Shown piece after piece: positions 61,995 to 64,000 of a stretch of 64,000 nucleotides of DNA (positions are counted from its first letter, which is position 1; every line of letters starts with the position of its first letter). Origin of the DNA: Utricularia gibba (lineage: Eukaryota; Plantae; Magnoliophyta); NCBI GenBank assembly GCA_002189035.1, contig CM007989.1, positions 4,154,001 through 4,218,000 of the forward strand, read 5' to 3'. The notes beneath the pieces were generated by a model. That model was not told where the DNA came from and did no database searches. It was given only the letters and a program-made list of their open reading frames with translations. Both the position numbers and the translations under genes were made by a program.

Positions 61995-62770
61995 ATGGGG
62001 AAATCCCCTTGTTGTGCTAAAGTTGGGCTGAGACGAGGTCCATGGTCTGCCAAAGAAGACGCTCTTCTTTCGAGTTACGTTCAGCAACATGGCGGAGGCC
62101 GATGGCGATCCCTGCCGGAAAAAGCAGGTGACTCTCGCATTCTGCTTCTGATTCTGATTCATTCTACATGGGAGCGCTGTGATTCACGTCTTCTGTGTTG
62201 TTCTTAGGTCTGCAGCGGTGCGGGAAGAGTTGCCGATTGAGGTGGATGAACTATCTCCGGCCGGGGATAAAGCGAGGGAACATGAGTGAGGCGGAGATAG
62301 ATCTCATCGTACGTCTCCACCGTCTGCTCGGGAACCGCTGGTCGCTCATCGCGGGTCGGATACCAGGCCGAACCGACAATGAAATCAAGAACTATTGGAA
62401 CACCTATCTCCACAAGAAGATGGCCCCATCATCGCTTTCGGAAAATCAGAAACCGACTGTCCGCAGATCACCTGGTGAACCCAATAACAATAATCAAAGT
62501 GATACTCCGAGGACTACCCTTTATGCCCCTAAAGCAGTACGGATTTCTTCCCCGACCAGCATCTCCAGAAAGGTGGAACCGCCGCCTCCCCCGCCACCGG
62601 TAACACCGCCGCCTCCCCCGCCACCGGTAACACCGCCGCCGCCACCACTGTCGCTTGATGGTATGCAGGAAGATTTACTGGGTCTGGGTTGGAGAATGCT
62701 GCCGGGAGTTTCCGATGGCGAGGTGATGCTAGAGAAGGTGTACGACGAGTACTTGCAGCTTCTTTATTAA
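61995..62770 (+). CDS. R2R3-MYB transcription factor with a bHLH-interaction motif, MYBPA1-like (flavonoid/proanthocyanidin regulator clade); exons 61995-62127 and 62208-62770
   Basis: R2R3 repeats; [20 protein letters not shown] fits [DE]Lx2[RK]x3Lx6Lx3R; C-terminal [12 protein letters not shown] recalls the MYBPA1 group; TATAAATA near 61942. Confidence 0.9.
62581..62634 (+). repeat. Perfect 27-bp tandem duplication in the MYB CDS encoding PPPPPPVTP twice
   Basis: GCCGCCTCCCCCGCCACCGGTAACACC at 62581-62607 and 62608-62634. Confidence 0.9.
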
Positions 62771-64000
62771 TCGATCTCGCTCTTTTACCTTCACTTCATC
62801 TCCCCTTTCAAAAAAAAAAAAAAAACATTTTCAATCATTTGATATTATAATAAAACTAGTGCACATTTTCATTATTTCAACTATAGCCGTGTTTTAAATT
62901 TTATAATATTAAAAAAATAAAAATAGAAATTCAATTATGAGTTATTTTTTAAAATTAAGATGTTTTTTGAGGATGAAATCGATAGAAATAATAATAAATC
63001 TCAAAAGTAAAAAAAACGTTAATTTTGATTTCTAACATGAATACATTATAAATTCAAAAAGGTTATTTTTTATTCAATTAGAAGTAAAAACTAAATAATG
63101 TTTCAAAAGTAAAAATAGCCTCCAAACATTTTCCAAATCATTACAGTATTATTCGTTTTATTAATTTATTAAAATAATTCTATTTAGGATATGTTTACTG
63201 TGCCTCCGAAAAACAACTCTTAAAAAATTATTCTAAAATCTTTTCCGTTTTTATTGGAGCATGGATTCATCATCTTCTCAAAAAAAAAAAAAAAATCAAA
63301 ATAATTTACTATTTTATCTTCATATGAACATAACCAGCACTTGTTTTGTTTGAGAATAAATTCGAGCTACACAAAAAATATTCTTAATTTTTTAAGATTT
63401 TAATCTTTAATCGTTTTATAGTAAAATCAGAAATAGATTCCATGATTAACTTTAGAAATTATTGAATTTAATAAATCTATATTTCAAAGACTAAATAAGA
63501 GATTAATTAAAAAATTATACTATTTATTTTTTTTATCTATTCTAAAAATACATTTGTATCATAATATTAAGTTATATAATAATTTAATTTATTAAACTTT
63601 ACAATATATATTATTTTAATAGATTTTATAATATAATTTTATATTATCTTACAAAATAGTTTTACAATGATTCAATTTCACTTAATGGACAACTATCATT
63701 CGGAGCAGCTAACCTTACACAAGAACTCTATTGCAATCATTCATTTTCTCATCCTTGTCGCCTATGGCCTGAATGCAATAGGTTATATGGGATATGGATA
63801 GTCATAATCTAAAAAATAATTTTATTTTACATAATTTGAAATACAGTTTCAAATTACAAAATAATGACTTACTTATATTGAAATAATAAGTTGAGATTAT
63901 GGATATTAATTTTTTACATGAATTTTTAACCGAATTAAAAATGATTATATAATAAATAAAATCTCATTATTTTAGTATCATAAGCTCGAACAGGTTGCCC

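Noticed and set aside
62340-62425. miR858 and miR828 target sites in the MYB R3 repeat
   Set aside because: The miR858 match has a mismatch at position 11 (cleavage site) plus others; the miR828 site has many mismatches.

Overview
Eukaryotic (flowering plant, eudicot-like) nuclear DNA; no prokaryotic features and no CRISPR array. Three zones: (1) 1-6 kb gene-rich: 3' part of a 4'-phosphopantetheinyl transferase, an SCL14/LISCL-clade GRAS gene with one frameshift, and a SIAMESE-related CDK inhibitor. (2) 6.65-31.65 kb transposon island (about 23 of 25 kb is TE): a Ty1/copia element with a hAT element nested in gag, a two-ORF PIF/Harbinger element, and a 10.1-kb Ty3/gypsy Tat (Retand-like) element carrying a spliced antisense gene. 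All four boundaries are fixed by target-site duplications read from the sequence. (3) 31.9-62.8 kb gene-dense with short introns: U2 snRNA, DnaJ, Trm112/PREY-like, AGL15/18-like MADS, AG-peptide, an unknown membrane protein, TrmL, LHP1, PIG-P, eIF3b and an R2R3-MYB. This zone also has two hAT MITEs next to the LHP1 and eIF3b starts, a duplicated eIF3b exon fragment, a second Harbinger Myb/SANT remnant and fragments of an organellar release factor 2 gene. Many frameshifts are single-base losses in G/C runs (one in eIF3b), suggesting long-read assembly errors. I found no clearly new biological system. The best leads are the four-exon antisense gene with its own TATA promoter inside the Tat element and the rearranged eIF3b upstream region. 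All alignments and counts were done by eye.
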